Source: the human T2T-CHM13v2.0 reference genome, Homo sapiens. Taken from it: 64,000 bases of DNA. The notes under the pieces are model-generated. The model had not been told where the DNA came from and did no database searches. It worked only from the letters and a program-made list of their open reading frames with translations. Positions 14,506-48,055 of this stretch are shown one piece after another. Location: NCBI GenBank assembly GCA_009914755.4, contig CP068257.2:10784001-10848000 (forward strand). Direction: 5' to 3'. The position numbers and the translations under genes were made by a program. Numbering within the stretch: position 1 is the first letter of the stretch; the number at the start of each line of letters is the position of its first letter.

Positions 14506-15565
14506 TTCCAGCTTGGAAGCTGTCACTCCTGTCCTCACAACGACAACAAAAAACACCTTGAACAAACTGAAAATTACAACTTTTCTTAGATCCATCAGAG
14601 ACTTGAGGTTAACAGGGAAAACCGTTATCCCCCAAATTGGAGAGGCAGTGAGTCCCAGCCTAACAGGATCGGAGGCTGGCCACTGGAGCCAGAACCACGG
14701 TGGGAAGACTTACATGTAAACAACAAATCGCTGGAGGCTCCATGCACATAAACTTGAGAATTAAGAATTAAGGGAGCCCAGTCTTAGGGGGCCCTACACT
14801 TTCATGAACCTCCAAGAGCTCTGCCAGACGCTCTTATGCACATCAGAGAAAAATTCCCTCCTGCTTCCCACAGGGAAGGGGAAAAGTAACTACTTTGAAA
14901 TATGCCCTGGGTGTTCCGTTCTCCTTAGCAAAAGCCTGCCCCAGGGAAACCATTTCACAAGAGTCTAACCACCTTGGGCTTTAGCAGGGCCTAACACCTG
15001 TTAGAATAAGAATAAAAATTGCATCAAACTTTTCTTCAGAACCCATGCAAGCAAGCAAAAAAATTCCACCAAACTAAAATTCTGTATCCTGCAAAATTAT
15101 CTTTCCAAAGTGAAGAAAAAGACTTTCTCAGAGAAACACAAATTTGCTGTCAGTAGATCTGTCAAAATGTTAAAAGAAGTTATCCAGAGAGAAGAAAATG
15201 ATATAGGCTAAAAACTTGGATCTACATAAAGAAAAAAGGTTTTAGAGAAGGAAGAAAGGGGCTTCCTGCCTCCCTCCTCCATGGGGCACTGGTGCTATGC
15301 CCAGCACCCAGATGCCCCTACCCAATGCTGAATAAGAACACAGAGCACCATGAATGGCTGGCTCTAAAAGGAAAAGTGGAAGACTTGTGTTCTCAACCCA
15401 CAGCTGCTACTGCTACATTTAAAGACACTGCAGTGAACATTGTAAGTTCTCTGGCTCATGGAGGGAGGAATCTATTCCAAAGACTCTGAGAAAAACTGTA
15501 AATTAAACAAAAATATGGTGAAAGCTGGTTCCTGAGCTTTATTGATGTTAATAATGCACCTTATT

Positions 15566-15879
15566 GGCCAGGCACAGTGGCTCATGACTGTGATCTCAGC
15601 ACTTTGGGAGGCCAATGTGGGAGGATCACAAGGTCAGAAGATCGAGTCCAGCCAGGCCAACATGGTGAAACCCTGTCTCTACTAAAAATACAAAAATTAG
15701 CTGGGTGTGGTAGCACGTGCCTGTAATCCCAGTGACTCAGGAAGCTGAGGCAGGAGAATCGCTTGAACCCGGCAGGTGGAGGTTGCTGTGAGCTGAGATG
15801 GCACCACTCCACTACAGCCTCGTGACAAAGGAAGACTACCTCTCAAAAAACAAAAAACAAAAACAAAAAAACAAAAAAC
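15566..15879 (+). mobile_element. Alu SINE (sense) with long interrupted A-rich tail
   Basis: GGCCAGGCACAGTGGCTCATGACTGTGATCTCAGCACTTTGGGAGGCCAATGTGGGAGGATCACAAGGTCAG...CAGCCTCGTGACAAAGGAAGACTACCTCTC(AAAAAACAAAAAACAAAAACAAAAAAACAAAAAA). Confidence 0.9.
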
Positions 15880-17076
15880 TGGTCACCTTTTCACCATATA
15901 CAAAAATTAACTCAGGTTGGATTAAAGATTTAAATTTAAGACCTCAAACTAAAATAAACCTGGAAGAAAAACTTCAAAAGTACCATTCTGGATATGGGCT
16001 ATGGGAAATAATTCATGACTAAGACTTCAAAAGAAATTGCAACAAAAGCAAAAGTTGACAAATGGGACCTAATTAAACTAAAGAGCTGCCACACAGCAAA
16101 GGAAACCATCAGCAGAGTAAACAACCTACAGAATGGGGGAAATTATTCACAAACTATGCATCCAACAAAGGTCTAATATTTAGAATCTATAAGGAACATA
16201 ATTCAACAAGCAAAACACAACCCCATTTAAAAAGGGGCAAAAGACATAGACACTTCTCAGAAGGAGACATACATGCAGCCAACAAACATGAAAAAAATGC
16301 TCATCATCACTAATCACGAGGGAAATGCAAATCAAAACCACAATGAGATATTATCTCACACCAGTCAGAATGGCTATTTTTAAAAAGTAAAAAAAAAAAA
16401 TAGCAGATACTGGCGAGGATAAGGAGAAAAGGGAATGCTTATACACCTTTGGTGGGAATGTAATTTAGTTCAGCCACTGTGGAAAGCAATTTGGAGATTT
16501 CTCAAAGAACATAAAACCGAACTAACATTCAACCCAGCAGTCTCATTACCGAATATGTATCCAAAAGAAAACAAATCATTCCACCAAAAAGACATATGCA
16601 CTTGTATGTTTATTGCAACACTATTCACATTAGCAAAGACATGGGATCAACCTAGGTGCCCATCAACAGTGGACTATCAACAGTGGACTGGATAAAAATG
16701 TGGTACATATAGACCATGGAATACTATGCAGCCACAAAAAAGAATGAAATTATGTTCTTTGAGGGAAAATGGCTACAGCTGGAATCCAGGAAGTGAACTA
16801 ATGTAGTAACAGAAAACAAACGCCTCATGTTCCTATAAGTAGGAGCTAAATTCTGAGTACCCATGGATATGAAGATGGTGAAAATAGACACTAGGGACTG
16901 CTAGGAGGGGGAGGGAGGAAGGAAAAGGTTGAAAAACTGCTGAATACCATGTTCAGTACCTGGGTGTTGGGATCATTCACACCCCAAACCTCAGCACCAC
17001 ACAATACACCCAGGTAATAAACCTGCACATGTAGACCCTGAATCTAACATAAAAGTTGAAAAAGAAAAAACAGAAT
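15880..17076 (+). mobile_element. L1 3' end (~1.2 kb: ORF2 C-terminus + 3' UTR, sense), ending in a short A-rich tail
   Basis: ...ATGCTCATCATCACTAATCACGAGGGAAATGCAAATCAAAACCACAATGAGATATTATCTCACACCAGTCAGAATGGCTATT...AATGTGGTACATATAGACCATGGAATACTATGCAGCCACAAAAAAGAATGAAATTATGTTCTTTGAGGGAAAATGGCTACAGCTGGAA...AACCTGCACATGTAGACCCTGAATCTAACATAAAAGTTGAAAAAGAAAAAA. The track ORF 16435-16695 is L1 ORF2 remnant, not a gene. Confidence 0.85.
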
Positions 17077-17147
17077 GGAATCTCTGTTTATTCTCAACAT
17101 ATCAGTTGTGCCTTTCCTCAATTTGAAACTCTCACTATTGGCTATAT

Positions 17148-34134
<16,987 letters not shown>

Positions 34135-37100
34135 TCCCAAACTATATAACATATACTGTACATAAAATATCAAAGTTTGCAAACTATTCCATACTGTACA
34201 TAAAATATCAAAGTACCGAATCTATATATTATATACTGTACATAAAATATCAAGGTACCGAAAATATATATTAGTGTACATAAAATATAAAAGTACACCA
34301 AATATATATTCTATGCTGTACATAAAATATCAAAGTACCCCAAATATATATTCTATATTGTAAATAAAATATCAAAGTACACAAACATGTATTATCTACT
34401 GTACATAACATATCAAAGTACCCAAACTATATATTATATACTGTACACAAAATATCAAATTACACCAAATATATATTCTATACTGTACAAAAAATATCAA
34501 AGTACACCAAATATATATTCTGTACTGTACATAAAATATCAGACTACCCAAACATATATACTGTACTTAATATATCAAAGTACCCAAACTGTATATTTCA
34601 TACTGTACATAAAATATCAAGGTACCCAAAGTATATATTATATACTGTTCATAAAATATCAAAGTACCCATAGTATATATTATAAACTGTACATAAATAT
34701 CAGAGTACCTAAGTTATATATTATATAGTGTAAAAAAAATTCAAAGTACCCAAACTATATATTATGTACTGTACATAATATATCAAAGTAACCAAACTAT
34801 ATATTATATACTATACATAAAATATCAAAGTACCCAAACTGTATATTATATGCTGCACATAAAATATCAAAGTACGCAAAGTATATATTATATACTGTAC
34901 ATAAAATATCAAAGTACCCAAACATTCATTATAAACTCTACATGAAATATCAGGGTAAGCAAACTATATATTATATACTGTACGTAAAATATCAAAGTAC
35001 CCAATGTATATATTATATACTGTATATAAAATATCAAAGTACCCAAAGTATGTGTTATACACTGTACATAAAATATCAAAGTACCCAAACATATATACTG
35101 TACATAAAATATCAAAGTACTCATAGAATATATTATAAACTGTATATAAAATATCAAAGTACCCAAACTATACGTTATATAATGTACATAAAATATCAAA
35201 GTACATCAAATATAGATTATATACTGTACATAAGATATCAAAGTGCCGAATCTATATATTATGTACTGTACATAAAATATCAAAGTACACAAATATATAC
35301 TGTACATAAAATATGAAAGTAACCATTTATAATAAACTGTACATAAAATATCAAAGTACTCAAACTACGTATTATATACAGTACATAAAATATCAAAGTA
35401 CCCAAACTGTATATTATATACTGTACATAAAACATCAAAGTACCCAAACTATATATTATATATTGTACATAAAATATCAAAGAACCCTAACTATATATTA
35501 TATACTGTACATAAAATAAGAAAGTGCATCAAATATATATTATATTCTGTACATAAAATATCAAAGTACACCAAATATATATTCTATACTGTAAATAAAA
35601 TATCAAAGTACCCCAAAAATTTATTATATACTCTACATAACTTATCAAAGTTTGCAAACTATATATTATATACTGTACATAAAATATCAAAGTACCCAAA
35701 GTATATATTGTATAGTGTACATCAAATATGAAAGTTCATCAAATACATATTTTATTCTGTACTTAAAATATCAAAGTACACCAAATATATATTCTATACT
35801 GTACTTAAAATATCAAAGTACACAAACAGGTATTATATACTGAACATAAAATATCAAAGTACCCATACAATATATTATAAACTGTACATAAAATATCAAA
35901 GTACCCAAACTATACATTATATAATGTACATAAAATATCAAAGTACATCAAATATATATTATATACTGTCCATAAAATATCAAAGTGCCGAATCTATATA
36001 TTATATACTGTACATAAAATATCAAAGTACACCAAATATATATTCTATACTGCACATAGAATATCAAAGTACACCAAATATATATTCTGTACTGTACATA
36101 AAATATCAACTACCCAAACATATATACTGTACATAATATATCAAAGTACCCAAACTATATATTTTATACTGTACATAAAATATCAAGGTACTCAAAGAAC
36201 ACATTATATACTGTACATAAAATATGAAATTATATCAAATATATATTATATTAGGTACATAAAATATGAAAGTACATCAAATATAGATTATATACTGTAC
36301 ATAAAATATCAAAGTAACGCAAATATATATTATATACTGTACATGAAATATCAAAGTACACAAACTATTATATACTGTATATAAAATATCAAAATACCCA
36401 CAGTATATATTATGTACTGTACATGACATATCAAAGTAACCAAACTATATATGATACACTGTACATAAAATATCAAGGTACCCAAAGTATATATTATATA
36501 CTGTTCATAAAATATCAAAGAAAGTACATATTATAAACTGTACATAAATATCAAAGTACCGAAGTTATATTATATATTGTAAAAAATATCAAAGTTCCCA
36601 CACTATATATTATGTACTGTACATAACATATCAAAGTAACCAAACTATATATTATATACTGTACATAAAATATCAAAGTACCCAAACTATATATTATATA
36701 CTGTAGATAAAATATCAAAGTACCCAAACTATATATTATATACTGTACATAAAATATCAAAGTACCCAAAGTAGATATTATATACTGTACATAATATATC
36801 AAAGTACCCAAACATTTATTATAAACTCTACATGAAATATCAGGGTAACAAAACTATATATTATATACTGTACATAAAATATCAAAGCACACAAAGTATA
36901 TATTATATACTGCACTTAAAATATCAAAGTACCCAATCTATGTGTTATATACTGTACATAAAATATCAACGTACCCAAACATATATTGTATACCGTAAAT
37001 AAAATTTCAAAGTACTCATATAATATATTATAAACTGTATATAAAATATCAAAGTCCCCAAACTACACGTTATATAAAGTACATAAAATATCAAAGTACA

Positions 37101-37500
37101 TCAAATATAGCTTATATACTGTACATAAAATATCAAAGTGCCGAATCTATATATTATATACTGTACAAAATATATCAAAGTACACAAACTATTATGTACT
37201 GTACATATAATATCAAAGTACACCAAATATATATTCTATACTGTACAAAAAATATCAAACTACACGAAATATATATTCTATACTGTACATAAAATATCAA
37301 AGTACACCAAATATATATTCTATACTGTACATAAAATATGAAAGTACCCAAACAGGTATTATATACTGTACATAAAATATCAAATTACACAAACTATACA
37401 TTATATACTGTACATAAAATATCAAAGTACCCAAACTATATATTATATACTGTACATAAAATATCAAAGTATCCAAACTATATATTATATACTGTACATA
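34135..37500 (+). repeat. proximal, divergent edge domain of the satellite I array
   Basis: Monomers here deviate frequently from consensus (e.g. ...CAAAGTTTGCAAACTATTCCATACTGTACAT..., ...CAAAGTACCGAATCTATATATTATATACTG..., ...GTAAATAAAATATCAAAGTAC...), and no long identical blocks recur. Confidence 0.6.
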
Positions 37501-40500
37501 AACTATGAAAGTGCATCAAATATATATTATATTATGAACATAAAATATCAAAGTACCTCAAATAAATGTTATATACTCTACATAAAATATCAAAGTTCGC
37601 AAACTATATATTATATACTGTACATAAAGTATCAAAGTACCCAAAATATATATTATGTACTGTACATAAAATATGAAGGTACATCAAATATATATTATAT
37701 TCTGTACATAAAATATCAAAGTACACCAAAATATATACTGTACATAAAATATCAAATTACACCAAATATATATTATATACTGTACATAAAATATAAGATT
37801 ACCCAAAGTATGTATTATATACTGTACATAAAATATCAAAGTACCCAAAATATGTATAATATACTGTACATAAATTATGAAAGTACCCAAACTTTTATAA
37901 TAAACTGTACATAAAATAATAAAGTACTCAAACTATATATTCTATACAGTACATAAAATATCAAAGTACCCAAACTGTATATTATATATTGTACATAAAA
38001 TATCAAAGTATCCAAAATATATATTATGTACTGTACATAAAATATGAAGGTACATCAAATATATATTATATTCTGTACATAAAATATGAAAGTACTCCAA
38101 AATATATTATATACTGTACATAATATATTAAAGTCGCCCAAATATATATTATATACTGTACATAATAAAGGTCTCCCAAATATATATTATATACTGTACA
38201 TAAAATATGAAGTTACATCAAATATATTTTATATTCTGTACATAAAATCTGAAAGTACACCAAATATATATTATATGCTGCACATAAAATATCAAAGTAC
38301 CCAAAGAATGTATTATATACTGTACATAAAATATCAAAGTACCCAAAATATGTATAATATACTGTACATAAATTATGAAAGTACCCAAACATTTATAATA
38401 AACTGTACATAAAATAACAAACTACCCAAACTGCATATTATATACTGTACATAAAATATCAAAGTACCCAAATTGTATATTATATGGTACACATGAAATA
38501 TCAAAGTACCCAAATATATATTATATGCTGTACATAAAATATTAAAGTACACCAAAATATATACTGTACATAAAATATCAAATTACCCAAAGTATGTATT
38601 ACATTCTGTACATAAAATATCAAAGTACCCAAAATATGTATAATATACTGTACATAAATTATGAAAGTACCCAAACATTTGTAATAAACTGTACATAAAA
38701 TAACAAAGTACTCAAACTATATATTATATACTGTACATAAAATATCAAAGTACTCAAACTGTATATTATATACTGTACATAAAATACCAAAGTACCCAAA
38801 ATATATATTATATACTGTACATAAAATATGAAAGTACCCAAAGTATGTATTATATACTGTACATAAAATATCAAATTACACCAAATATATATTATATACT
38901 GTACATAAAATATCAAAGTACCCAAAATATGTATAATATACCGTACATAAATTATGAAAGTACACAAACATTTATAATAAACTGTACATAAAATAACAAA
39001 GTACTCAAACTACATATTGCATACTATACATAAAATATCAAAGTACCCAAACTGTATATTATATACTGTACACAAAATATCAAAGAACCAAAAGTAAATA
39101 TTATATAATGTACATAAATTATCAAAGTACCCAAAGTATATATTATATACTGTACATAAAATATGAAGGTACATCAAATATATATTATATTCTGTACATA
39201 AAATATCAAAGTACACCAAATATATATTATATACTGTACATAAAATATCAAAGTACCCAAAATATGTATAATATACTGTATATAAATTATGAAAGTACCC
39301 AAATATTTATAATAAACTGTACATAAAATAACAAAGTACTCAAACTGTATATTATATACTGTACATAAAATATCAAAGTACCCAAAATATTTATTATATA
39401 CTGTACATAAAATATCAAAGTACCCAAAGTATGTATTATATACTGTACATAAAATATCAAATTACACCAAATATATATTATATACTGTACATAAAATATC
39501 AAAGTACCGAAAGTACGTATTATATACTGTACATAAATTATGAAAGTACACATTTATAATAAACTGTACATAAAATAACAAAGTACACAAACTATATATT
39601 ATATACTGTACATAAAATATCAAAGTACCTAAACTGTATATTATATACTGTACATAAAATATCAAAGTACCGAAAATATATATGTACTGTACAAAAAATA
39701 TGAAGGTACATCAAATATATATTATATTCTGTACATAAAATATCAAAGTACATCAAAATACAGTATATACTGTACATAATATATTAAAGTGGCCCAAATA
39801 TATATTATATACTGTACATAATATATTAAGGTCTCCCAAATATATATTATATACTGTATATAAAATATGAAGGTACATAAAATATATATTATATTCTGTA
39901 CATAAAATCCGAAAGTACACCAAATATATGTTATATGCTGCACATAAAATATCAAAGTACCCAAAGTATGTATTATATACTGTACATAAAATATCAAAGT
40001 ACCCAAAATATGTATAATATACTGTACATAAATTATGAAAGTACCCAAACATTTATAATAAACTGTACATAAAATAACAACGTACTCAAACTATATATCC
40101 TATACAGTACATAAAATATCAAAGTACCCAAACTGTATATTATATACTGTACATAAAATATCAAATTACCCAAAATATATATTATGTACTGTACATAAAA
40201 TATGAAGGTACATCAAATATATATTATATTCTGTACATAAAATATCAAAGTACACCAAAATATATTATATACTGTACATAATATATTAAAGTCGCACATA
40301 TATATATTATATACTGTACATAATATATTAAGGTCGCCCAAATATATATTATATACTGTACATAAAATAAGAAGGTACATCAAATATATTTTATATTCTG
40401 TACATAAAATCTAAAAGTACACCAAATATGTTATATGCTGCACATAAAATATCAAAGTACCCAAAGTATGTATTATATACTGTACATAAAATACAAAAGT

Positions 40501-43500
40501 ACCCAAAATATGTATAATATTCTGTACATAAATTATGAAAGTACTGAAACATTTATAATAAACTGTACATAAAATAACAAACTAACCAAACTGTATATTA
40601 TACACTGTACATAAAATATCAAAGTACCCAAACTGTATATTATACGCTGTACATAAAATATCAAAGTACCCAAAGTATATATAATATACTGTACATAAAA
40701 TATCAAAGTACCCAAAGTATATATTATATACCGTACATGAAATATGAAGGTACATCAAATATATATATTATTCTGTACATAAAATATCACATTACACCAT
40801 ATATATATTATATACTGTACATAAAATATCAAAGTACCCAAAATATGTATAATATACTGTATATAAATTATGAAAGTACCCAAACATTTATACTAAACTG
40901 TACATAAAATAACAAAGTACTCAAACTATATATTATATACTGTACATAAAATATCAAAGTACTCCAACTGTATATTTTATACTGTACATAAAATATCAAA
41001 GTACCCAAAATATATATTATATACTGTATACAAAATATCAAAGTACCCAAAGTATGTATTATATACTGTACATAAAATATCAAATTACACCAAATATATA
41101 TTATATAGTGTACATAAAATATCAAAGTACCCGAAATATGTATAATATACTGTACATAAATTATGAAAGTACACAAACTTTTATAATAAACTGTACATAA
41201 AATAACAAAGTACCGAAACTATATATTATATACTGTACATAAAATATCCAAATACTCAAAATATATATTACATGCTGTACATAAAATATCAAAGTACCCA
41301 AAGTATGTATTATACACTGTACATAAAATATCAAAGTACCCAAAATATGTATAATATACTGTACATAAATTATGAAAGTACCCAAACATTTATAATAAAC
41401 TGTACATAAAATAACGTACTCAAACTATATATTCTATACAGTACATAAAATATCAAAGTACCCAAAATGTATATTATATACTGTACATAAAATATCAAAT
41501 TACCCAAAATATATATTATGTACTGTACATAAAATATGAAGGTACATCAAATATATATTATTTTCTGTACATAAAATATCAAAGTACACCAAAATATATT
41601 ATATACTGTACATAATATATTAAAGTCGCCTAAATATATATTATATACTGTACATAATATATTAAGGTTGCCGAAATATATATTATATACTGTAGATAAA
41701 ATAAGAAGGTACATCAAATATATTTTATATTCTGTACATAAAATCTGAAAGTACACCAAATATATGTTATATGCTGCACATAAAATATCAAAGTACCCAA
41801 AGTATGTATTATATACTGTACATAAAATACCAAAGTACCCAAAATATGTATAATATACTGTACATAAATTATGAAAGTACCCAAACATTTATAATAAACT
41901 GCACATAAAATAACAATGTACTCAAACTATATATTCTATACAGTACATAAAATATCAAAGTACCCAAACGTTATATTATATACTGTACATAAAATATCAA
42001 ATTACCCAAAATATATATTCTGTACTGTACATAAAATATGAAGGTACAACAAATATATATTATTTTCTGTACATAAAATATCAAAGTACACCAAAATATA
42101 TTATATACTGTACATAATATATTAAAGTCTCACAAATATATATTATATACTGTACATAATATATTAAGGTCGCCCAAATATATATTATATACTGTACATA
42201 AAATAAGAAGGTACATCAAATATATTTTCTGTACATAAAATCTGAAAGTACACCAAATATATGTTATATGCTGCACAGAAAATATCAAAGTACCCAAAGT
42301 ATGTATTATATACTGTACATAAAATACCAAAGTACCCAAAATATGTATAATATACTGTACATAAATTATGAAATTACCCAAACATTTATAATAAACTGTA
42401 CATAAAATAAACTACCCCAACTGTATATTATACACTGTACATAAAATATCAAAGTACCCAAACTGTATATTATACGCTGCACATAAAATATCAAAGTACC
42501 CAAAGTATATATAATATACTGTACATAAAATATCAAAGTACCCAAAGTATATATTATATACTGTACATAAAATATGAAGGTACATCAAATATATATATTA
42601 TTCTGTACATAAAATATCACATTACACCATATATATATTATATACTCTACATAAAATATCAAAGTACGCAAAATATATATAATATACTGTATGTAAATTA
42701 TGAAAGTACCCAAACATTTATAATAAACTGTACATAAAATAAAAAAGTACTCAAACTATATATTATATACTGTACATAAAATATCAAAGTATTCAAACTG
42801 TATATTATATACTGTACATAAAATATTAAAGTACCCAAAATATATATTATATTCTGTACATAAAATATCAAAGTACCCAAAGTATGTATTATATATTGTA
42901 CATAAAATATCAAACTATGCCAAATATATATTATATACTGTACATAAAATATCAAATTACCCAAAGTATGTATTTTATACTGTACATAAAATATCAAACT
43001 ACCCAAATTATGTATTATATACTGTACATAAAATATCAAATTACACCAAATATATATTATATACTGTACATAAAATATCAAAGTACCCAAAATATGTATA
43101 ATATAGTGTACATAAATTATGAAAGTACCCAAACATTTATAATAAACTGTTCATAAAATAACAAAGTACCCAAACTATATATTATATACTGTACATAAAA
43201 TATCAAAGTACCCAAACTGTATATTATATACTGTACACAAAATATCAAAGTACCGAAAATATATATTATGTACTATACATAAAATATGAGGGTATGTCAA
43301 ATATATATTATATTCTGTACATAAAATATCAAAGTACACCAAAATATATACTGTATATAATATATAAAAGTCACCCTACTATATACTGTACATAATATAA
43401 GGTCTCCCAACTATATATTATATACTGTACATAAAATATGAAGGTACATAAAATATATATTATATTCTGTACATAAAATCTGAAAGTACACCAAATATAT

Positions 43501-46500
43501 GTTATATGCCGCACATAAAATATCAAAGTACCCAAAGTATGTATTATATACTGTACATAAAATATCAAAGTACCCAATATATGTATAATATACTGTACAT
43601 AAATTATGAAAGTACCCAAGCATTTATAATAAACTGTACATAAAATAACAAACTACCCAAACTGTACATTGTATACTGTACATAAAATATCAAAGTACCC
43701 AAACTGTATATTATATGCTGCACATAAAATACCAAAGTATCCAAAATATATATTATATACTGTACATAAAATATCAAAGTACCCAAAGTATGTATTATAT
43801 ACTGTACATAAAATATCAAACTACGCCAAATATATATTATATACTGTATATAAAACATCAAATTACCCAAAGTATGTATTTTATACTGTACATAAAATAT
43901 CAAAGTACCCAAATTATGTATTATATACTGTACCTACAATATCAAATTACACCAAATATATATTATATACTGTACATAAAATATCAATGTACCCAAAATA
44001 TGTATAATATACTGTACATAAAATATGAAAGTACCCATTTATAATAATCTGTACATAAAATAATAAAGTACCCAAACTATATATTATATACTGTACATAA
44101 AATATCAAAGTACCCAAACTGTATATTATATACTGTACATAAAATATCAAAGTACCGAAAATATATATTATATTCTGTACATAAAATATCAAAGTACACC
44201 AAAATATATACTGTACATAATATATTAAAGTCACCCAAGTATATATTATATACTGTACATAATATATTAAGGTCTCCCAAATATATATTGTATACTGTAC
44301 ATAAAATATGAAGGTACATAAAATATATATTATATTCTGTACATAAAATCCGAAAGTACACCAAATATATGTTATATGCTGCACATAAAATATCAAAGTA
44401 CCCAAAGTATGTATTATATACTGTACATAAAATACCAAAGTACCCAAAATATGTATAATATACTGTACATAAATTATGAAAGTACCCAAACATTTATAAT
44501 AAACTGTACATAAAATAACAATGTACTCAAACTATATATTCTATACAGTACATAAAATATCAAAGTACCCAAACTTCATATTATATACTGTACATAAAAT
44601 ATCAAATTACCCAAAATATATATTATGTACTGTACATAAAATATGAAGGTACATCAAATATATATTATTTTCTGTACATAAAATATCAAAGTGCACCAAA
44701 GTATATTATATACTGTACATAATATATTAAAGTCGCACAAATATATATTATATACTGTACATAAAAGAAGAAGGTACATCAAATATATTTTATATTCTGT
44801 ACATAAAATCTGAAAGTACACCAAATATATGTTATATGCTGCACATAAAATATCAAAGTACCCAAAGTATGTATTATATACTGTACATAAAATACCAAAG
44901 TACCCAAAATATGTATAATATACTGTACATAAATTATGAAATTACCCAAACATTTATAATAAACTGTACATAAAATAACAAACTACCCCAACTGTATATT
45001 ATACACTGTATATAAAATATCAAAGTACCCAAACTGTATATTATACGCTGCACATAAAATATCAAAGTACCCAAAGTATATATAATATACTGTACATAAA
45101 ATATCAAAGTACCCAAGTATATATTATATACTGTACATAAAATATGAAGGTACATCAAATATATATATTATTCTGTACATAAAATATCACATTACACCAT
45201 ATATATATTATATACTGTACATAAAATATCAAAGTACCCAAAATATGTATAATATACTGTATATAAATTATGAAAGTACCCAAACCTTTATAATAAAGTG
45301 TACATAAAATAACAAAGTACTCAAACTATATATTATATACTGTACATAAAGTATCAAAGTACGCAAACTGTATATTATACACTGTACATAAAATATCAAA
45401 GTACCCAAAATATATATTATATACTGTATATAAAATATCAAAGTACCCAAAGTATGTATTATATACTGTACATAAAATATCAAACTATGCCAAATATATA
45501 TTATGTACTGTACATAAAACATCAAATTACCCAAAGTATGTATTTTATACTGTACATAAAATATCAAAGTACCCAAAGTATGTATTATATACTGTACATA
45601 AAATATCAAATTACAACAAATATATATTATATACTGTACATAAAATATCAAAGTACCCAAAATATGTATAATATACTGTACATAAATTATGAAAGTACCC
45701 AAACATTTATAATAAACTGTACATAAAATAACAACGTACTCAATCTATATATTCTATACAGTACAAAAAATATCAAAGTACCCAAACTGTATATTATATA
45801 CTGTACATAAAATATTAAATTACCCAAAATATATATTATGTACTGTACATAAAATATGAAGGTACATCAAATATATATTATATTCTGTACATAAAATATC
45901 AAAGTACACCAAAATATATTATATACTGTACATAATATATTAAACTCACGCAAATATATATTATATACTGTACATAATATATTAAGGTCGCCCAAATATA
46001 TATTATATACTGTACATAAAATATGAAGGAACATCAAATATATTTTTTATTCTGTACATAAAATCAGAAAGTACACCAAATATATGTTATATGCTGCACA
46101 TAAAATATCAAAGTATCCAAAGTATGTATTATATACTGTACATAAAATATCAAAGTACCCAAAATATGTATAATATACTGTACATAAATTATGAAAGTAC
46201 CCAAACATTTATAATAAACTATACATAAAATAACAAACTACCCAAACTGTATATTATACACTGTACATAAAATATCAAAGTACCCAAACTGTATATTATA
46301 TGCTGCACATAAATTATCAAAGTACCCAAAGTATATATAATATACTGTACATAAAATATCAAAGTACCCAAAGTATATATTATATACTGTACATAAAATA
46401 TGAAGGTACATCAAATATATATATTATTCTGTACATAAAATATCACAATACACCAAATATATATTATATACTGTACGTAAAATATCAAAGTACCCAAAAT

Positions 46501-48055
46501 ATGTATAATATACTGTATATAAATTGTGAAAGTACCCAAACCTTTATAATAAACTGTACATAAAATAACAAAGTACTCAAACTATATATTATATACTGTA
46601 TATAAAATATCAAAGTACTCAAACTGTATATTATATACTGTACATAAAATATCAAAGTACCCAAAATATATATTATATACTGTACATAAAATATAAAAGT
46701 ACCCAAAGTATGTATTTTATACTGTACATAAGATATCAAACTACGCCAAATATGTATTATATACTGTACATAAAATATCAAATTACCCAAAGTATGTATT
46801 TTATACTGTACATAAAATATCAAAGTACCCAAACTATGTATTATATACCGTATATAAAATATCAAATTACACCAAATATATATTATATACTGTACATAAA
46901 ATATCAAAGTACCCAAAATATGTATAATATACTGTACATAAATTATGAAAGTACCCAAATATTTATAATAAACTGTACATAAAATAACAAAGTACCCAAA
47001 CTATATATTACATACTTTACATAAAATATCAAAGTACCCAAATTGTATATTATATACTGTACATGAAATATCAAAGTACCGAAAATATATATTACGTACT
47101 GTGCATAAAATATGAAGGTACATCAAATATATATTATATTCTGTACATAAAATATCAAAGTACACCAAAATATATTATATACCGTACATAATATATTAAA
47201 GTCGCCCAAATATATATTATATACTGTACATAATATATTATGGTCTCCCAAATATATGTTATATACTGTACATAAAATATGAAGGTACATCAAATATATA
47301 TTATATTGTGTACATAAAATATCAAAGTACACATAATATATATTATATTCTGTACAGAAAATATCAAAGTACACCAAAACATATTATATACTGTACATAA
47401 TATATTAAATTCCTGCAAATATATATTATATACTGTACATAAAATATAAAAGTATTCAAAATATGTATAATATACTGTACATAAAATATGAAAGTACCCA
47501 AACATTTATAATAAACTGTACATAAAATAACAAAGTACTCAAACTATATATTGTATACAGTACATAAAATATCAAAGTACCCAAACTGTATATTATATAC
47601 TGTACAGAAAATATCAAAGTATCCAAAATATATATTATGTACTTTACATAAAATATGGAGGTACATCAAATATATATTATATCCTGTACATAAAATATCA
47701 AAGTACCCAAAGTATGTATTATATACTGTACATAAAATATCAAAGTACCCAAAGTATATATTATATACTGTACATAAAATATCAAAGTACCCAAATTATG
47801 TATTATATACTGTACGTAAAATATCAGAGTACACAAAATATGCATTATATACTGTACATAAAATATGAAAGTAACCAAACATTTATAATAAACTATACAT
47901 AAAATATCAAAGTACTCAAACTATATATCATATACTGTACATAAAATATCAAAGTACCCAAACTGTGTATTATTATATACTGTATATAAAATATCAAAGT
48001 ACCTGAAATATATATTGTATACTGTACATAAAATATCAAAGTACCAAAGTATCTA

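Noticed and set aside
16435-16695. 86-aa ORF MLIHLWWECNLVQPLWKAIWRFLKEHKTELTFNPA...
   Set aside because: It is the C-terminal part of L1 ORF2 within the L1 3' fragment, not a cellular gene.
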